NCBI GenBank assembly: GCA_020523885.1
Contig: JAJAPY010000016.1
Location: 10,359-74,358 of the forward strand
Length of the DNA: 64,000 nt
Source of the DNA: Candidatus Liberimonas magnetica
Lineage (GTDB): Bacteria > Elusimicrobiota > Endomicrobiia > Endomicrobiales > JAFGIL01
Reading direction: 5' to 3'
How positions within the stretch are numbered: position 1 is the stretch's first letter; the number at the start of each line of letters is the position of its first letter. Positions 26,706 through 36,665 of the stretch are shown here, in pieces. Made by a program: the position numbers and the translations under genes. Under the pieces are notes generated by a model. The model did not search any database and had not been told where the DNA came from. It saw only the letters and a list, made by a program, of their open reading frames with translations.

Positions 26706-28886
26706 ATGGCCCCAAAAGAGAAAGACAAACCAGTTTCAAAAAAGGCGACCCCCGTAAAAAAGGCTGAACCACGCAAGGTTAAAGAGAAGAAAGCAGCAGC
26801 CCCGGAATTAAAAGAAAAATCCCCTGCTCCAGCCGGGGCTAAGGAAAAAAAACCCAGAACCAAGAAAGTACCTGCGGAACCTAAAGCCGAAAAAAAGGCA
26901 AAAATACCCAAGAAAGAACCGGCAGAAAAAAAAATAAAACCTAAAGCCATAAAACCGGCCAAGGAAGAAAAAGTAAAAGCAGCCGAAAAAATCGTAGAAA
27001 AACATAAGGAAGCAAAAGAACCGGAAGTTAAAGAAAAAAAACATGAAGTTCATATAAAACCGCCTTCAGCAGAGCCCGTTATCGAACAGAAAGCCGAAGT
27101 TCCTCAAGCAGTCCCTAAAAAAGAAGAAAAAAAGCACGGAAGAGATATCAGGATAAACGAGCTTACCACAATACGCGAGATAGCAGAAAAGCTGGGGCAA
27201 ACTACCGGCGATGTGATCAAGAAATTATTGTCTATGGGCACGCTTGCAACGATAAACCAGAGAATAGACCTGGAAGTTGCGGAGCTCTTGGCCAGTGAAT
27301 ACGGATTTGATATAAAATTTGCATCGATATTTGAAGGCGAGAAAATAGCCGAAGAAGAAGATGATGTCGAAAATCTAAAACCGAGGCCTGCGGTCGTGAC
27401 TATTATGGGCCATGTAAATCATGGAAAAACTTCTCTTTTGGATGCCATCAGGGAAACCGATGTAGCCAGTAAGGAAGCAGGGGGAATAACACAGCATATA
27501 GGCGCCTATAAAGTTAAAACAGCAAAAGGCGAGGTGACTTTCCTTGACACGCCCGGCCATGAAGCATTTACCGCGATGCGTTCGCGCGGTGCCCAGGTTA
27601 CGGATATAGTTGTGCTTGTAGTTGCTGCAGATGACGGCGTAATGCCCCAGACAGTTGAGGCCCTGGACCATGCGCGTGCAGCGGCTGTCCCCATAATCGT
27701 AGCGATCAACAAAATAGATGTTCCAGGAGCAAACCCTTCCCAGGTAAAGCAGGAGCTTACAAAATATAACCTTCTTTCCGAAGATTGGGGTGGCGATACC
27801 ATAATGGTAGAGGTTTCTGCAAAAAACAATATCAAGATCGACGCACTGCTTGAAATGATACTTTTAAAAGCTGAAATGATGGAGCTAAAGGCAAATCCGG
27901 ATACTCTGGCCAGGGGAGCTGTAGTAGAAGCCAGGCTTGACCATAAAAGAGGCCCTGTTATAACCGTTTTGATCCAGAAAGGCACTCTTCATGTCGGTGA
28001 TAATTTTATAGTGGGTACTACGTACGGCAAAGTGCGCGCCATGACCGATGACCACGGCAAAAAGCTTGATGAAGCAAAACCTGTGACACCCGTTGAGATC
28101 CTGGGAGTAAATTCTCTTCCCCATGCAGGCGACAGGTTCATCGCGATGGATGACGAACGAAAAGCAAGAGAAATAGCCCAGACCAGGTTCAGCCGGGCAA
28201 GAGAAGAAAGGATGAAACCGAGGCATCATTTGTCATTGGAAGATATCAGCTCCGGAAAAGTCAAAGAACTAAGGCTTGTCCTAAAGGCTGATGTTCAGGG
28301 GTCTTTAGGAGCGCTGCGCGATTCCTTAGATAAGCTTTCAACACCGGAAATAAAACTTACGATAATTCACGGCGGGATCGGCACCATAAACGAATCGGAC
28401 GTGACCTTAGCCGCTGCAAGCGATGCTATAATAATGGGGTTCAGCATTAAACCTGACACCGCAGTCGAGCGCATGGCTGAACGCGAAGGGGTAAGCATCA
28501 GGATTTACCGCATTATATACGAGGTCATTGCCGATGTAAGGGCGGCAATGGAAGGCATGCTTGAACCGCAATTAAAGGAAATAAGCCTTGGAAAAGCCCA
28601 GGTAAGGCAGGTTTTTAAAATATCCAAGGTGGGCACTATTGCGGGATGCAGTGTCCTGGAAGGGAAAATACAGAGGGGTTGTAAAGTGAGGATCCTTCGT
28701 GACAACGTAATAATTTATGACGGAAATATAATTACCTTAAGAAGGTTCAAAGATGACGTCAAAGAAGTTGACAAAGGTTTTGAATGCGGTATAGGCCTTG
28801 AGAGATATTCTGACTTTAAGAATGGAGATATTTTGGATTTATATACTTTTGAAAAAATAGCAAGAAAACTTGAAGACAATAAATAA
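26706..28886 (+). CDS. infB: Translation initiation factor IF-2
   Basis: K/E/P-rich N-terminus. G domain with GHVNHGKTS, DTPGHEAF and NKID motifs. Confidence 0.95.
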   Translation: MAPKEKDKPVSKKATPVKKAEPRKVKEKKAAAPELKEKSPAPAGAKEKKPRTKKVPAEPKAEKKAKIPKKEPAEKKIKPKAIKPAKEEKVKAAEKIVEKHKEAKEPEVKEKKHEVHIKPPSAEPVIEQKAEVPQAVPKKEEKKHGRDIRINELTTIREIAEKLGQTTGDVIKKLLSMGTLATINQRIDLEVAELLASEYGFDIKFASIFEGEKIAEEEDDVENLKPRPAVVTIMGHVNHGKTSLLDAIRETDVASKEAGGITQHIGAYKVKTAKGEVTFLDTPGHEAFTAMRSRGAQVTDIVVLVVAADDGVMPQTVEALDHARAAAVPIIVAINKIDVPGANPSQVKQELTKYNLLSEDWGGDTIMVEVSAKNNIKIDALLEMILLKAEMMELKANPDTLARGAVVEARLDHKRGPVITVLIQKGTLHVGDNFIVGTTYGKVRAMTDDHGKKLDEAKPVTPVEILGVNSLPHAGDRFIAMDDERKAREIAQTRFSRAREERMKPRHHLSLEDISSGKVKELRLVLKADVQGSLGALRDSLDKLSTPEIKLTIIHGGIGTINESDVTLAAASDAIIMGFSIKPDTAVERMAEREGVSIRIYRIIYEVIADVRAAMEGMLEPQLKEISLGKAQVRQVFKISKVGTIAGCSVLEGKIQRGCKVRILRDNVIIYDGNIITLRRFKDDVKEVDKGFECGIGLERYSDFKNGDILDLYTFEKIARKLEDNK

Positions 28887-28890
28887 AGAG

Positions 28891-28927
28891 ATTGCAAATT
28901 GCAAAATGAAAATTGCAAAATGAAGAT
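28891..28927. repeat. TGCAAAAT-dialect left arm only
   Basis: attgcaaattgcaaaatgaaaattgcaaaatgaagat. I saw no matching right arm before rbfA. Confidence 0.6.
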
Positions 28928-28971
28928 TATATACAGCAAACCAACAAAAAAACTAATTACAGTAGGGATAT

Positions 28972-29343
28972 ATGGAAAGTTATAAACGGGCTGTCAGGGT
29001 GGGGGAGCTGATACAGCATGAAATATCGAAGATCGTACAGGAACTGAAAGAGCCAGGGTTGGGGTTTATTACGATTACGGGAGTTAAGCTTACCGATGAC
29101 CTGAAATCTGCCAGGGTTTTTTACTCGATAATAGGCGATGAAAAAGACAAAAAAATAAATGACGAGATATTAAAGAACGTGACCCCTTTTATAAGGCATA
29201 TGCTAGCTGTCCGTGTAAATTTAAGATATACCCCTACTATAGAATTTAACTATGACGATACACCGGAACGTGCAACCAGGATTTTTGAGATATTGGAAAA
29301 GATAAAGAAAGAGGAATCATTAGAAAATCCAAATGATTCCTGA
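28972..29343 (+). CDS. rbfA: Ribosome-binding factor A
   Basis: RbfA-like KH fold sequence (RVGELIQHEISKIV...), position after infB. Confidence 0.9.
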   Translation: MESYKRAVRVGELIQHEISKIVQELKEPGLGFITITGVKLTDDLKSARVFYSIIGDEKDKKINDEILKNVTPFIRHMLAVRVNLRYTPTIEFNYDDTPERATRIFEILEKIKKEESLENPNDS

Positions 29344-29406
29344 TTATGATGATTAAAAAATAGATTACATAGATTATGGTTCTACAGTATTATCTGTATA
29401 ATCAAG
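29341..29406. repeat. Stutter-arm inverted repeat, GATTACA dialect
   Basis: tgattatgatgattaaaaaatagattacatagattatgg ... ctacagtattatctgtataatcaag. Confidence 0.6.
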
Positions 29407-29431
29407 TCCCTAAATAGACTGAAAAAAGAAA

Positions 29432-30403
29432 ATGATACCGAGAGATAAAGAGTTTTCGTTAATAGCAAAGACTATCAAAAAAAATAAAACATTTTTTATA
29501 GCCGGGCATCTTAACCCGGACGGGGATACTATAGGCACGGCTTTGGCTTTGTCGTCGCTATTGACCAGGCTTGGCAAAAAACCCAGGGTGTATTCCAAAG
29601 ATGTTGTCCCTGAATATCTCTCATTTTTGCAGGGTGCCGGTAAAATAATAGTTGCGGATAAAGTAAAAGGAAGGTTTGACTGTGCTATTATTTTAGAATG
29701 CCTTGATATGAACAGGATGGGAGACTTAATATCGCCGGGACAGGCTAAAGAAGTAATTAATATTGACCACCATGCGAATTTTAACCATTTTGGGCATGTA
29801 AATTATATAGATTCAAGCGCTTCTTCCAGCTCCGAGATAATATTCCATCTGTTCAGGCATCTTAAAATGAAGCTGACTCCGCAAGAGGCGAACGCTCTTT
29901 ACGTGGGGGTAGTGACAGATACGGGAAAATTCCAGTATAACAATACAACTTCCTCGGCTGTTTATATGGCGTCTTGTTTGATCGATGCTGGAGTTAAGCC
30001 TTACTATATCTATAATAAACTTTATTCTACGAAAACATTCTCTTCGCTTAAGCTTTTTGGGCTTGCCCTGTCAGGATTAAAAAAAACCGATTCCGGAAAA
30101 ATAGCGTACATTGAAATAACAAAAGAAATGTATAAGAAATCAGGTTCAAACGTTACTGAGAGCGAAGGGATAGTGAATGAAACTCTGAAGATACCAGGTG
30201 TCGTGATAGGAGCCCTTTTCAGGGAAGAAAAAGAAAGAAACATAACAAAAATAAGTTTACGCTCCCATGAAAAATATAATGTAAATAAGGTCGTCCAGGT
30301 TTTTGGCGGGGGCGGCCATAAGAATGCCTCAGGATGCACTTACAAAGGCACGATGGAAACTGCAAAAAAAGTCATCTTAAGCCATTTGGAAAAGCTAGTA
30401 TGA
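29432..30403 (+). CDS. nrnA: DHH/DHHA1 phosphoesterase (NrnA-like nanoRNase/pAp phosphatase)
   Basis: GHLNPDGD, NIDHH and GGGGH motifs. Confidence 0.75.
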   Translation: MIPRDKEFSLIAKTIKKNKTFFIAGHLNPDGDTIGTALALSSLLTRLGKKPRVYSKDVVPEYLSFLQGAGKIIVADKVKGRFDCAIILECLDMNRMGDLISPGQAKEVINIDHHANFNHFGHVNYIDSSASSSSEIIFHLFRHLKMKLTPQEANALYVGVVTDTGKFQYNNTTSSAVYMASCLIDAGVKPYYIYNKLYSTKTFSSLKLFGLALSGLKKTDSGKIAYIEITKEMYKKSGSNVTESEGIVNETLKIPGVVIGALFREEKERNITKISLRSHEKYNVNKVVQVFGGGGHKNASGCTYKGTMETAKKVILSHLEKLV

Positions 30404-31134
30404 CGTTCAACCTGGCAGAATCAGGCCTGCTGGTCATTAATAAACCGTCAGGCATAACATCCTATGGTGTTGTACGGAAGGTCAAGCACCTGTTGCAAAT
30501 TGACAAAGTCGGACATTGCGGAACGCTGGACCCTATGGCAGAAGGGGTCCTTTTAGTGCTGTTCGGTTCCTCAACGAAAATGCAGAGCGTGTTGATGGGC
30601 CAGAGGAAAGTTTACAGGACTGTTTTGTCCCTGGGTGTAAGAACTGACACCGGCGATATAACAGGAAAGATAATAGAAAAAAAAGAAACCAGGGATATCC
30701 AAAAGGAAGATCTTTTAAATGCGCTAAAAAAGTTTAGCGGGGAGATAAGACAGCTTACTCCGCATTTTTCCGCTGTAAAGGTGAACGGGAAAAAAATGTA
30801 CGAGCTTGCCCGCGAAGGGATAACGGTGGAAAGGCCGCCAAGGATAGTAAATATACATGAAATAGAGCTTCGCGGCTTTAATAGAGATGAGGTCAGTTTA
30901 AGGGTGGAGTGCTCAAGCGGGACATATATCAGGACTTTATGCGAAGATATAGGCGAAGAGCTGGGAATGCCAGCGACCATGAAATATTTGTGCAGGGAAA
31001 AGATAGGAAATTACGATATAAGCGCAGCAATAGCATTAAGTGAAATGGATAAATTAGGCAGGGACGGTTTGCTAGATAGAAAAATAAATTTAAGTTCAGA
31101 AATTCAAAATGCAAATTGCAAAATGCAAAATTAA
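30400..31134 (+). CDS. truB: tRNA pseudouridine(55) synthase
   Basis: GLLVINKPSGITS, HCGTLDPMAEGVL catalytic motif. ATGA overlap with nrnA. The last 11 codons read into the TGCAAAAT element. Confidence 0.9.
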   Translation: MTFNLAESGLLVINKPSGITSYGVVRKVKHLLQIDKVGHCGTLDPMAEGVLLVLFGSSTKMQSVLMGQRKVYRTVLSLGVRTDTGDITGKIIEKKETRDIQKEDLLNALKKFSGEIRQLTPHFSAVKVNGKKMYELAREGITVERPPRIVNIHEIELRGFNRDEVSLRVECSSGTYIRTLCEDIGEELGMPATMKYLCREKIGNYDISAAIALSEMDKLGRDGLLDRKINLSSEIQNANCKMQN

Positions 31135-31220
31135 TGTGTCGCCTTTGGCGACTTATTTAAATTATCCCGCCAAGGCGGGATTCCGCAATTTTGCACTTTG
31201 CAATTTTCATTTTGCAATTA
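31101..31220. repeat. TGCAAAAT-dialect element, complex form with two internal GC hairpins
   Basis: Left arm aattcaaaatgcaaattgcaaaatgcaaaatt. Hairpins GTCGCC-ttt-GGCGAC (31138-31152) and ATCCCGCC-aa-GGCGGGAT (31164-31181). Right arm caattttgcactttgcaattttcattttgcaatt. Confidence 0.85.
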
Positions 31221-31244
31221 AGTTAGCCGTTATAGGGGGCTAAC

Positions 31245-32138
31245 TTGAGGCCTTCTTGTGTCAGCATAGGTACGTTTGACGGTGTTCATCTCGGGCACCA
31301 GCATTTAATAAAAAATCTTTTAAAGACAGCGCGAAAAAAAAACCTTAAGAGCATTCTTGTTACAATAGCTTCGCCTGTCCGGCCTGTACCCGGAGTTTTG
31401 ACCGTTCAAAAAGAAAAGCTGGAGCTGTTAAAGAGCTTTTCTTTAGACGAAATAATCATACTCCCGAATACAAGTGAAATATTAGAACAGTCAGCCCTTT
31501 CTTTTTTCGAGAATTTTATTTGCCGGAAACTTAAGACAAAATACATAATAGCAGGCGAAAACTTTGCTTTTGGCCGTAACAGGGAAGGGGATATCCAGTG
31601 GTTGAAAGAAAAATCAAAGGCAGAAGGCATCAGGATCGAAATAGTCAAACCCTATCTGGATAACGGTTTAGTTTCGTCAACAAGGATAAGAAGGCTTATG
31701 CTCTGTGGAAAACTGAGTGAAGCGAATAAGCTTCTAGGCAGAGAATATCAGTTCGAAGGAATGCCTGTAAAAGGAAGAGGGTTGGGTAGGAAATTAGGTT
31801 TTCCTACGATAAATTTGAAAGTTGACCCGGAAAAACTCCTCCCTACAGGAGTTTATGCAGCCTGGGCCGTGATAGGGGCCGGAGATGAAAAGGAGAATGC
31901 GGCAGCCTGGCCTTCTGTAGTAAACATAGGGACGCGGCCGACGTTCTTTAACAAAGGCAATATTCATTCGGAAGTGCATTTACTGGATGTCAAATGTCTA
32001 TGTCCGGACAAAAGAACGATAGTAGCTTTGCACAAGTTCATAAGGCCGGAAAAAAAATTTGAGAATATAGAACGGTTGACAAAACAGGTCAATTTGGACA
32101 TAAGCGAAGCAAAAAACTTCTTTAAGGTGATAAGCTAA
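31245..32138 (+). CDS. ribF: Bifunctional riboflavin kinase / FMN adenylyltransferase
   Basis: IGTFDGVHLGHQHLI motif, C-terminal riboflavin kinase domain. TTG start. Confidence 0.9.
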   Translation: MRPSCVSIGTFDGVHLGHQHLIKNLLKTARKKNLKSILVTIASPVRPVPGVLTVQKEKLELLKSFSLDEIIILPNTSEILEQSALSFFENFICRKLKTKYIIAGENFAFGRNREGDIQWLKEKSKAEGIRIEIVKPYLDNGLVSSTRIRRLMLCGKLSEANKLLGREYQFEGMPVKGRGLGRKLGFPTINLKVDPEKLLPTGVYAAWAVIGAGDEKENAAAWPSVVNIGTRPTFFNKGNIHSEVHLLDVKCLCPDKRTIVALHKFIRPEKKFENIERLTKQVNLDISEAKNFFKVIS

Positions 32139-32175
32139 AATGATCCACAACATCAATGGAACGGAGGTATTTTAA

Positions 32176-34149
32176 ATGAAGGCTTATGATAGTGAATCCA
32201 TACGGAATGTTTGCCTGGTCGGATCTCAAGGCGACGGAAAGACTTCTGTCGCGGAAGCGATGCTTTTTAACGCAAAAGTAACTACCCGTTTGGGGACTAT
32301 AGCTGAAGGAAATACTGTATGTGATTCAAGCGACGAAGAGATCGAAAGAAAGATATCAATAAGCATGAGCCTTTCTTTTTTGGAACATAAAGATAAAAAG
32401 ATCAACCTTCTTATTACGCCCGGCTACGGGGATTTTATCGGAGAGGTTTTAGCAGGTCTTGCGGTAGCAGAGACCGCTGTTTTTACTGTTTCCGCAGATT
32501 CAGGGGTTACGCCGGTAGGGGAAAATCTTTGGGAGATACTTGAAGAAAAGTCCATACCTACCGCGATTTTTTTAAACAAACTGGATAGGGACAATATTAA
32601 TTTCGAACAACTGATAAAAGAACTTAAAGAAAAGTTGAACCAGCAGGTGGCAGTAATAAATATGCCGAATGCAACCGGCCCGGATTTCAAAAATGTAACG
32701 AACATCCTGGAAGGGAATTCAAAGGACTCCTGGTATGAGAACCTGCTTGAAATAGTCTCTTCGGCGGACGATACATTAACTGAAAAATATCTTGACGGCA
32801 AGGAAATAACCCTTGAGGAAGTCAAGGCAGCGCTTAAAAAAGCCATGATAGAGCGTAAAGTATTCCCTTTGCTGTGCGGCAGTGCCGTAAAAAATATAGG
32901 CATTAAAGAACTGTCGGATTTTATAGCGGATTACTTTTCGCCGCCTAAACCGTCGGCTGACAATGCTCATTTTTCAGGGCTTGTTTTTAAGACTATTAAC
33001 GAACCCGGCATGGGGCAGGTAAACTTTGCAAAGATATATTCGGGTGCCCTGGTACACGGGAAGGATATATATAATTTTACCAAAAGCACTACCGAACGCA
33101 TAGGCCAGCTCAGTTTTGTCCAGGGTAAAAAGAAAGTTGATGCAGCTAACGTTTGCGTAGGCGACCTGGTAGCTCTTTTAAAGCTTAAAGATACAAGGAC
33201 TAACGATATACTCTGCGATGAAAAGTCTCAGCCGAACATAAAGCAAATATCTTTTCCAGAACCGATATACAAAAAAGCCATTATAACGGCTTCCAAAGGG
33301 GATGCGGAAAAAGTCGGCAATGCACTTGCGACTGCTATAACTGAAAACCCGACCATTACTTATAAATTTGACGCTGAAACGAAAGAGATGACTCTGTCGG
33401 GCATGGGGTCTTTACAGCTTGAGGTGATGATAAAAAAGATAAAAGGCCGCTATGGTGTTGATGTAAGCCTTCAAAAGCCCCGTGTGCCTTTCAAAGAAAC
33501 GCTGCATGGAAAATCCGAAGTGCAGGGTAAGTATAAACGGCAGTCAGGCGGCCGCGGCCAGTACGGAGACTGCTGGCTGAGGGTTGAGCCTTTGCCAAGA
33601 AGCAAAGGTTTTGAATTTGTAAATAAAATAGTCGGCGGAGTCATACCCCGCAACTATATACCCGCAATAGAAAAAGGCGTTAAGGAAGCGATGGAGCAGG
33701 GAGTCATAGCAGGATACCCTGTAGTGGATATCTCCGTTACGGTCTTTGACGGTTCATATCATGAAGTAGATTCGTCAGATATGGCTTTCAAGATAGCAGG
33801 GGCTATGGCATTTAGAAAGGGGTTTGTAGAAGCTAAACCGGGCATACTTGAGCCGATATGCGACCTGGAAGTTATAATTCCGGACGGTTACATGGGGGCG
33901 ATCATGGGCGACCTGAATTCCCGCAGAGGCAGGGTCATGGGAATGGATAAAGCCGGCAAAAAACAGCTTATCAAAGCCCAGGTACCGATGGGTGAGATAT
34001 TTGAATATGCCACGGACCTTCGTTCCTTGACAAAAGGGAGCGGTAAATATTCAATGAGGTTCTCCCATTACGAGGACTCACCGCCTCAGATAGCGCAGCC
34101 TTTAATAGACCTGTTCGCTAAGACAAAAGAAAGTGAAAGTGAAAAATAA
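32176..34149 (+). CDS. Elongation factor G paralog with a degenerate G3 motif
   Basis: Five-domain EF-G architecture. G1 GSQGDGKT and G4 NKLD are present, but the canonical IIDTPGHVDF is replaced by LLITPGYGDF. Confidence 0.85.
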   Translation: MKAYDSESIRNVCLVGSQGDGKTSVAEAMLFNAKVTTRLGTIAEGNTVCDSSDEEIERKISISMSLSFLEHKDKKINLLITPGYGDFIGEVLAGLAVAETAVFTVSADSGVTPVGENLWEILEEKSIPTAIFLNKLDRDNINFEQLIKELKEKLNQQVAVINMPNATGPDFKNVTNILEGNSKDSWYENLLEIVSSADDTLTEKYLDGKEITLEEVKAALKKAMIERKVFPLLCGSAVKNIGIKELSDFIADYFSPPKPSADNAHFSGLVFKTINEPGMGQVNFAKIYSGALVHGKDIYNFTKSTTERIGQLSFVQGKKKVDAANVCVGDLVALLKLKDTRTNDILCDEKSQPNIKQISFPEPIYKKAIITASKGDAEKVGNALATAITENPTITYKFDAETKEMTLSGMGSLQLEVMIKKIKGRYGVDVSLQKPRVPFKETLHGKSEVQGKYKRQSGGRGQYGDCWLRVEPLPRSKGFEFVNKIVGGVIPRNYIPAIEKGVKEAMEQGVIAGYPVVDISVTVFDGSYHEVDSSDMAFKIAGAMAFRKGFVEAKPGILEPICDLEVIIPDGYMGAIMGDLNSRRGRVMGMDKAGKKQLIKAQVPMGEIFEYATDLRSLTKGSGKYSMRFSHYEDSPPQIAQPLIDLFAKTKESESEK

Positions 34150-34204
34150 GTAATTATTTTATATAATAATAAAAAAAAACAGTAGAAACTAGAGGAGGTT
34201 TCAA

Positions 34205-34465
34205 ATGGAACCGGTCAAAAAAACGATTATTGAAGATTTTAAAGTGCATGCTACGGACACAGGTTCATCGGAAGTACAGGTGGCCCTATTGACAAGCAGG
34301 ATAAATTACTTGTCAGATCATTTTAAGAACCATCCGAAAGATTTCGCATCCCGTTCCGGTTTCTTAAAGATGATTAACCAGAGGCGCAAGTTATTAGACT
34401 ATTTAAAGAAGCACAGCCATGAAAAATACAAAACAATAATCGAAAAACTCGATTTAAGAAAATAA
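34205..34465 (+). CDS. rpsO: 30S ribosomal protein S15
   Basis: TGSSEVQVALLTSRINYLSDHFKNHPKD..., GAGGAGG SD. Confidence 0.95.
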   Translation: MEPVKKTIIEDFKVHATDTGSSEVQVALLTSRINYLSDHFKNHPKDFASRSGFLKMINQRRKLLDYLKKHSHEKYKTIIEKLDLRK

Positions 34466-34469
34466 TAAA

Positions 34470-34507
34470 TGATTACACAGATTAGTAAATGCGATTACAT
34501 AGATTAA
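34470..34507. repeat. GATTACA-dialect left arm
   Basis: tgattacacagattagtaaatgcgattacatagattaa. A weak partner, aaatctgtgaat, lies at about 34548-34560. Confidence 0.55.
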
Positions 34508-34595
34508 AATCATATACAAGTAATAAAATCCGGATAAGCTTTTTAAGAAATCTGTGAATTCAAAGTTAGCGAAGCTAGCTTTAAAAGGAGTTATA

Positions 34596-36665
34596 GTGAA
34601 CAGAATATCAAAGTCAATAGATGTCGGAGGCAAAACTCTTACTATACAGACAGGCCATTTGGCAAAGCAGGCGAATGGTTCATGCCTGGTAAGTATGGGA
34701 GATACGGTTGTCCTGGTTGCGGTAGTTGCAGCAAAAGAACCGAAGGAAGGCGGAGATTTTCTGCCTTTGACGGTAGATTACCGCGAGCGTACCTATGCCG
34801 CTGGAAAGATACCGGGAGGTTTCTTTAAAAGAGAAGGAAGGCCCAGAGAAAAAGAAATATTGTCATCAAGGATCGTTGACAGGAGCATAAGGCCGTTGTT
34901 TGATGAAAAATGGAAAAACGAAACCCAGGTATCTATTCTTGTGCTTTCTTTTGACGGCGAGAATGACCCAGATGTGTTAAGCGTGATAGGCGCTTCCAGC
35001 GCCCTGAGATTATCGAATGTACCGTTTACCAGCCTCCTTTCCTGTGTCAGGATCGGCAGGATAGATGGAAAGTTGATAGTCAACCCCACTCTTTCAGAGC
35101 GGAAACTGAGCGACCTGGACCTTCTGGTGAGCGGAAAAAGCGATGCTTTGTGTATGGTGGAAGCAGGCGCAAATGAAATGTCCGAACAAGAAATGCTTGC
35201 GGCACTCAATTTTGCCCAGGATGAAATAAAGAAAATATGTGCCTTCCAGGAAACTCTCCCGGCGAAAGATAAAATGGCCCTCATTGAGCCCGAAAAAATA
35301 CAAGAACTGGAAAGTGAAATTAAAAACACAGTCACAGAACAGGTAAAGAACATCCTTACGGTCAGCGATAAAACCAGCCGCGATGAGCAATGGAGCAGCC
35401 TTAAGAAAGCTGTTGTTGAAAAACATATAGCGCAGTACCCCGAAAAAGAAGGGTATATTGACAGCGTTCTGGAAAATATATTCTATTGCCAGGCAAGAGA
35501 GCTTATTTTAGGAAAAAAAGTAAGGTCGGACGGAAGGCAATTTGACGAAATCCGGCCGATCGAATGTAATATCGGGGTTTTGCCGCGAGCCCATGGTTCT
35601 GCCGTATTTACAAGAGGCCAGACCCAAAGTTTAGCCACGGTCACGCTCGGCAGCCCTCAAGATATGCAGATAAAGGATGAACTGGAAGGCGAATATAAAG
35701 AAAGGTTTATGCTTCACTATAATTTTCCCGGTTTTGCGACGGGAGAGTCAAAGCCTGAGCGTGGGACAAGCCGCAGGGAAACAGGCCACGGCGCCCTTGC
35801 AAGGAAATCCCTGCTGCCGTTACTGCCGAAAGAAGACGATTTTCCTTATACTATAAGGGTAGTTTCGGATATCCTGGAATCGAACGGTTCTTCGTCTATG
35901 GCTTCGGTTTGCGGAGGTTCTCTTGCTCTTTTTGATGCAGGAGTACCTATAAAGTCATCCTGTGCAGGGGTTGCCATGGGGCTTGTGAAAGAGGGCGAAA
36001 CATACGCGATACTTACGGATATAATGGGAATGGAAGACCATCTTGGAGACATGGATTTCAAAGTTGCTGGCACAAAGAACGGGATCACTGCCCTTCAAAT
36101 GGATATAAAGATATCCGGGTTGTCAGCCCAGCTCATGAGCGAAGCCCTGGAAAAAGCAAGGGCTGCAAGGCTTAAGATACTTGAGAAGATGGAAACAACT
36201 ATAGCAAGCCCAAAATCCGACATATCCAGTTTTGCGCCGAGGATGCTCACTATTATGATACCCCAGTCAAAGATAGGGGAGTTAATAGGTCCTGGCGGCA
36301 AAAATATAAGAAAGATCCAGGAAGATACAAAAGTTGAGATAAATATAGAAGAAGACGGAAGGGTGTTTATTTCCAGCCCCGACAAAGCTGCTGTTGAGGC
36401 GGCAAGGACCATTGTTGAAGCCCTTACCCAGGAAGCAGAGGTCGGGAAAGTCTATAAGGGAAGAGTGACAAGGCTGATGAACTTCGGCGCTTTTGTCGAA
36501 ATCCTTCCAGGCAAAGAAGGGCTGGTCCATATATCCCAGCTGGCTGAAAAAAGAGTAGCAAAAGTCGAAGATGTCGTAAAAGAGGGTGACGAGATAACCG
36601 TCAAGGTAATTGAAATCGACAACCAGGGCAGGATAAACCTGAGCAAGAAAGCAGTCGATAAGTAA
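34596..36665 (+). CDS. pnp: Polyribonucleotide nucleotidyltransferase (PNPase)
   Basis: Two RNase PH domains, KH and S1 domains. GTG 34596 has an AAGGAG SD 7 nt upstream and is preferred over the track start at 34554. Confidence 0.95.
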   Translation: MNRISKSIDVGGKTLTIQTGHLAKQANGSCLVSMGDTVVLVAVVAAKEPKEGGDFLPLTVDYRERTYAAGKIPGGFFKREGRPREKEILSSRIVDRSIRPLFDEKWKNETQVSILVLSFDGENDPDVLSVIGASSALRLSNVPFTSLLSCVRIGRIDGKLIVNPTLSERKLSDLDLLVSGKSDALCMVEAGANEMSEQEMLAALNFAQDEIKKICAFQETLPAKDKMALIEPEKIQELESEIKNTVTEQVKNILTVSDKTSRDEQWSSLKKAVVEKHIAQYPEKEGYIDSVLENIFYCQARELILGKKVRSDGRQFDEIRPIECNIGVLPRAHGSAVFTRGQTQSLATVTLGSPQDMQIKDELEGEYKERFMLHYNFPGFATGESKPERGTSRRETGHGALARKSLLPLLPKEDDFPYTIRVVSDILESNGSSSMASVCGGSLALFDAGVPIKSSCAGVAMGLVKEGETYAILTDIMGMEDHLGDMDFKVAGTKNGITALQMDIKISGLSAQLMSEALEKARAARLKILEKMETTIASPKSDISSFAPRMLTIMIPQSKIGELIGPGGKNIRKIQEDTKVEINIEEDGRVFISSPDKAAVEAARTIVEALTQEAEVGKVYKGRVTRLMNFGAFVEILPGKEGLVHISQLAEKRVAKVEDVVKEGDEITVKVIEIDNQGRINLSKKAVDK

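Noticed and set aside
26699-27053. Minus-strand ORFs (87 aa and 81 aa) opposite the start of infB.
   Set aside because: They are mirror images of the K/E/P-rich low-complexity N-terminus of IF-2. G/F-rich nonsense proteins of this kind are typical antisense artefacts.
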